Source of the DNA: Alphaproteobacteria bacterium
Lineage (GTDB): Bacteria; Pseudomonadota; Alphaproteobacteria; Bin95
DNA: 64,000 nucleotides
Direction: 5' to 3'
Assembly (NCBI GenBank): GCA_965205265.1
Contig: CBDBGH010000003.1
Location: forward strand, 832,001-896,000
This document shows positions 60,559 to 64,000 of this stretch, one piece after another. Each line of letters begins with the position of its first letter. Position 1 is the stretch's first letter. The notes under the pieces were generated by a model. That model was given only the letters and a program-made list of their open reading frames with translations, was not told the origin of the DNA and did not search any database. Made by a program: the position numbers and the translations under genes.

Positions 60559-62325
60559 GTGAGCGACGCCGGGCCCGGGGAACGCGAAAGCGTACGCTAC
60601 CAGCCGGACGAAAGCCCGCCTCTGCCGATTGCGGCTGCCCTGGGCTCTCAGTATGCGATCCTCATCATCGCGCGGATCGTGGTCGTTCCCGTCGTGATCG
60701 TGCGGGCGGCCGGCGGCAGCGAGGCCGATCTTTCCTGGGTCCTGTTCGCCGCGATCGCGGTCTGCGGCGTCACCACCATGATGCAGGCGCTCAGATTCGG
60801 CCGCCTCGGATCCGGTTACGTCGCCGTGATGGGCACATCGCTTGCGGTGGTCGGCGTGGGCGTCACGGCGGTGGCCGAAGGCGGCCTGCCTCTGCTCGCT
60901 ACCCTGGTGCTCTTTGCATCTGCGGTTCCGCTGGCATTGTCCTTCCGGCTTACACTGTTTCGCAAGGTTCTCACTCCGACCGTCTCGGGCACGGTCATCA
61001 TGCTGATCCCGGCCACCCTGATGCCATCGGCCTTCGGGCTGTTGACGGATGTGCCGGCCGGCACGCCGGACGCGGCCGCCCCGCTATGCGCCGGTGCGGC
61101 GCTGCTCGTCATCGTTGTCACCACGCTGGAGGGAACCGCCCGGATGCGTCTCTGGTCTCCGGTGATCGGGGTGATCGCGGGTTGCCTGGTGGCCCTTTAT
61201 TTCGGCCTCTACGACGCGAACGCCGTCTTCGCGGCGTCGTGGATCGGCTTTCCGGTCGCTGGCTGGCCTGGCCTCGATCTGGACTTCGGGACGGCGTTCT
61301 GGGCGCTTCTTCCCGCATTCGTGCTGGTAGCCCTGATCGAGAGCGTGCAGACGATCAGTTGCGCCGTCGCCGTTCAGCGCGCCTCCTGGCGCCGGCCGCG
61401 CGCGGTGGATTTCCGGGCGGTCCAGGGCGCAGCGGCGACCGCCGGCGTCGGCAACATGCTGGCCGGCATCGCAGGCACGGTTCCGAACACCCTGCTTTCG
61501 ACCAGCGCGGCGGTGACGGACCTGACCGGCGCCGCCGCGCGGCGCATCGGCGTTGCCGCCGGTGCGGTGTTCATTGCCATGGCGTTCCTGCCCAAGGTTC
61601 GCGCTGCGGTTCTGGCGATACCGGGTCCGGTCGTCTCGGCCTATCTGTTCGTATTGATGACCGCGCTGTTCGTTCTGGGCATGAAGATGGTCGTCCAGGG
61701 CGGCGTCGATTACCGCAAGGGCCTGATCGCAGGCGCCGGGTTCTGGGCGGGCGTCGGCTTCCAATACGGCGCGATATTCCCGGAGTTCACCCGTGAGTTT
61801 GCGGGCGGCCTGCTGCAAAGCGGCGTCACCGCGGGCGGCCTCGTGGCCATTCTGTTGACCCTGTTCACGGAGGCGACGAAGTCCCGTCCGAGCCGGATAA
61901 GGACAGTTTGCGATATTGAGGCGTTGCCGGAGATCCGGGAATTCCTGGCCGCATTCGCCTCCCGCAGCGGCTGGGGCGAGGCGATGGCGCGCCGTCTCGA
62001 CGCCGTCGCGGAGGAGATGGTGCTGACGCTCCTCGACCGTAGCGAGGACCGCCGGGGCCCCGAGCGCCGGAGCCTGTCGCTGACGGCCCGCAGGGAGGAC
62101 GGCCGGGCGGTCCTGGAGATAGTCGCCGCTCCCGGGGACGGCAATCTCGAGGACCGCATTGCGCTGCTCGGCGAAGCCGAGACCGAAACGCCGACAGAGC
62201 GGGAGATATCGCTCCGGCTACTGCGGCATCTCGCGTCCTCGATTCGCCACGAACAGTATCGCGACGCCGAATTCGTGACCCTCCGCGTCGATGCTCCGGA
62301 CGGGCGTTCCGGCGCCCGGTCCTGA
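60559..62325 (+). CDS. NCS2 (xanthine/uracil permease-like) protein fused to a degenerate RsbW-like HATPase domain
   Basis: N-terminal ~440 aa: YQPDESPP, GRLGSGY, TPTVSGTVIMLI, FLPK, IPGPV; C-terminal ~135 aa with HATPase_c_2-like layout (LPEIREFL...EEMVLTL...LRLLRHLA). Confidence 0.8.
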   Translation: MSDAGPGERESVRYQPDESPPLPIAAALGSQYAILIIARIVVVPVVIVRAAGGSEADLSWVLFAAIAVCGVTTMMQALRFGRLGSGYVAVMGTSLAVVGVGVTAVAEGGLPLLATLVLFASAVPLALSFRLTLFRKVLTPTVSGTVIMLIPATLMPSAFGLLTDVPAGTPDAAAPLCAGAALLVIVVTTLEGTARMRLWSPVIGVIAGCLVALYFGLYDANAVFAASWIGFPVAGWPGLDLDFGTAFWALLPAFVLVALIESVQTISCAVAVQRASWRRPRAVDFRAVQGAAATAGVGNMLAGIAGTVPNTLLSTSAAVTDLTGAAARRIGVAAGAVFIAMAFLPKVRAAVLAIPGPVVSAYLFVLMTALFVLGMKMVVQGGVDYRKGLIAGAGFWAGVGFQYGAIFPEFTREFAGGLLQSGVTAGGLVAILLTLFTEATKSRPSRIRTVCDIEALPEIREFLAAFASRSGWGEAMARRLDAVAEEMVLTLLDRSEDRRGPERRSLSLTARREDGRAVLEIVAAPGDGNLEDRIALLGEAETETPTEREISLRLLRHLASSIRHEQYRDAEFVTLRVDAPDGRSGARS

Positions 62326-62350
62326 ACCGGGGGAGCGACTGTGTTGTCGG

Positions 62351-63583
<1,233 letters not shown>

Positions 63584-63599
63584 CTACAAGGAGCCTGCG

Positions 63600-64000
63600 A
63601 TGACCTTCCGCGCCGAGAACTGGAGCCTGCGCAAGCCCGTTGTGAGGTCCCGGCACGGCCTTGTCGCGGCGCAGGAGAGCGAGGCGGCCGAACAGGGCGC
63701 GGCGGTGCTCAAGGCCGGGGGCAATGCAGTGGATGCCGCGGTCGTCACCGCGCTCTCGCTCGCCACGACCGAGCCCTGGATGAGCGGCATCGGCGGCGGC
63801 GGCGTCATGCTGATCCATCTCGCCGGGGAGCGGCGCACCGTCGGCATCGACTATTCCATGACCGCGCCGGCGTCGCTCGATCCGGACCGCTATGCGCTCA
63901 GCGGCGAAGAGGGGCCGGAGGACGCGCTGTTCGTCTGGCCGCGCGTGGAAGGCGACCGCAACATGATCGGGCCGGAAGCGGTGGCTGTGCCGGGCGCCGT
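63600..64000 (+). CDS. ggt: Gamma-glutamyltransferase (5' part; runs off the window)
   Basis: Manual translation MTFRAENWSLRKPVVRSRHGLVAAQ...VLKAGGNAVDAAV...EPWMSGIGGGG...AVPG. Confidence 0.88.
   Translation, partial: MTFRAENWSLRKPVVRSRHGLVAAQESEAAEQGAAVLKAGGNAVDAAVVTALSLATTEPWMSGIGGGGVMLIHLAGERRTVGIDYSMTAPASLDPDRYALSGEEGPEDALFVWPRVEGDRNMIGPEAVAVPGA

Overview
High-GC bacterial chromosome segment, most likely an alphaproteobacterium (fabD divergent from rpsF-rpsR-DUF2232-rplI-cfa, DUF1491, GTCATGCCCGG-type palindromic repeats). It holds about 60 mostly metabolic genes: msrP, M17 aminopeptidase, UbiD, pdxY, a polyol (smo/mtl) ABC cluster, tauABC plus a glutamine amidotransferase, four TauD-family dioxygenases, bifunctional FO synthase fbiC, two tandem cfa genes, a TRAP system, a thiolase/DUF35 pair, an iodotyrosine-deiodinase-like nitroreductase, Co-type nitrile hydratase, ilvD and ggt. 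No rRNA, tRNA or CRISPR array was seen. Main observations: (1) a complete ~1.12 kb IS110 element whose upstream non-coding end reads as a bridge RNA, with four guide segments that match by eye its own donor junction and its actual insertion site; (2) an NCS2 permease fused to a degenerate RsbW-like GHKL domain (candidate transceptor), inside a ~3.2 kb segment bracketed by a duplicated ggt start; (3) a non-autonomous TIR element with a 9-bp target duplication inside a REP-like palindrome; (4) a stand-alone HsdR_N-type nuclease with an unrecognised C-terminal domain next to an orphan antitoxin; (5) two genes broken by single in-frame stops. All calls come from motif recognition by eye. No database searches or folding programs were run, and start codons are best estimates.
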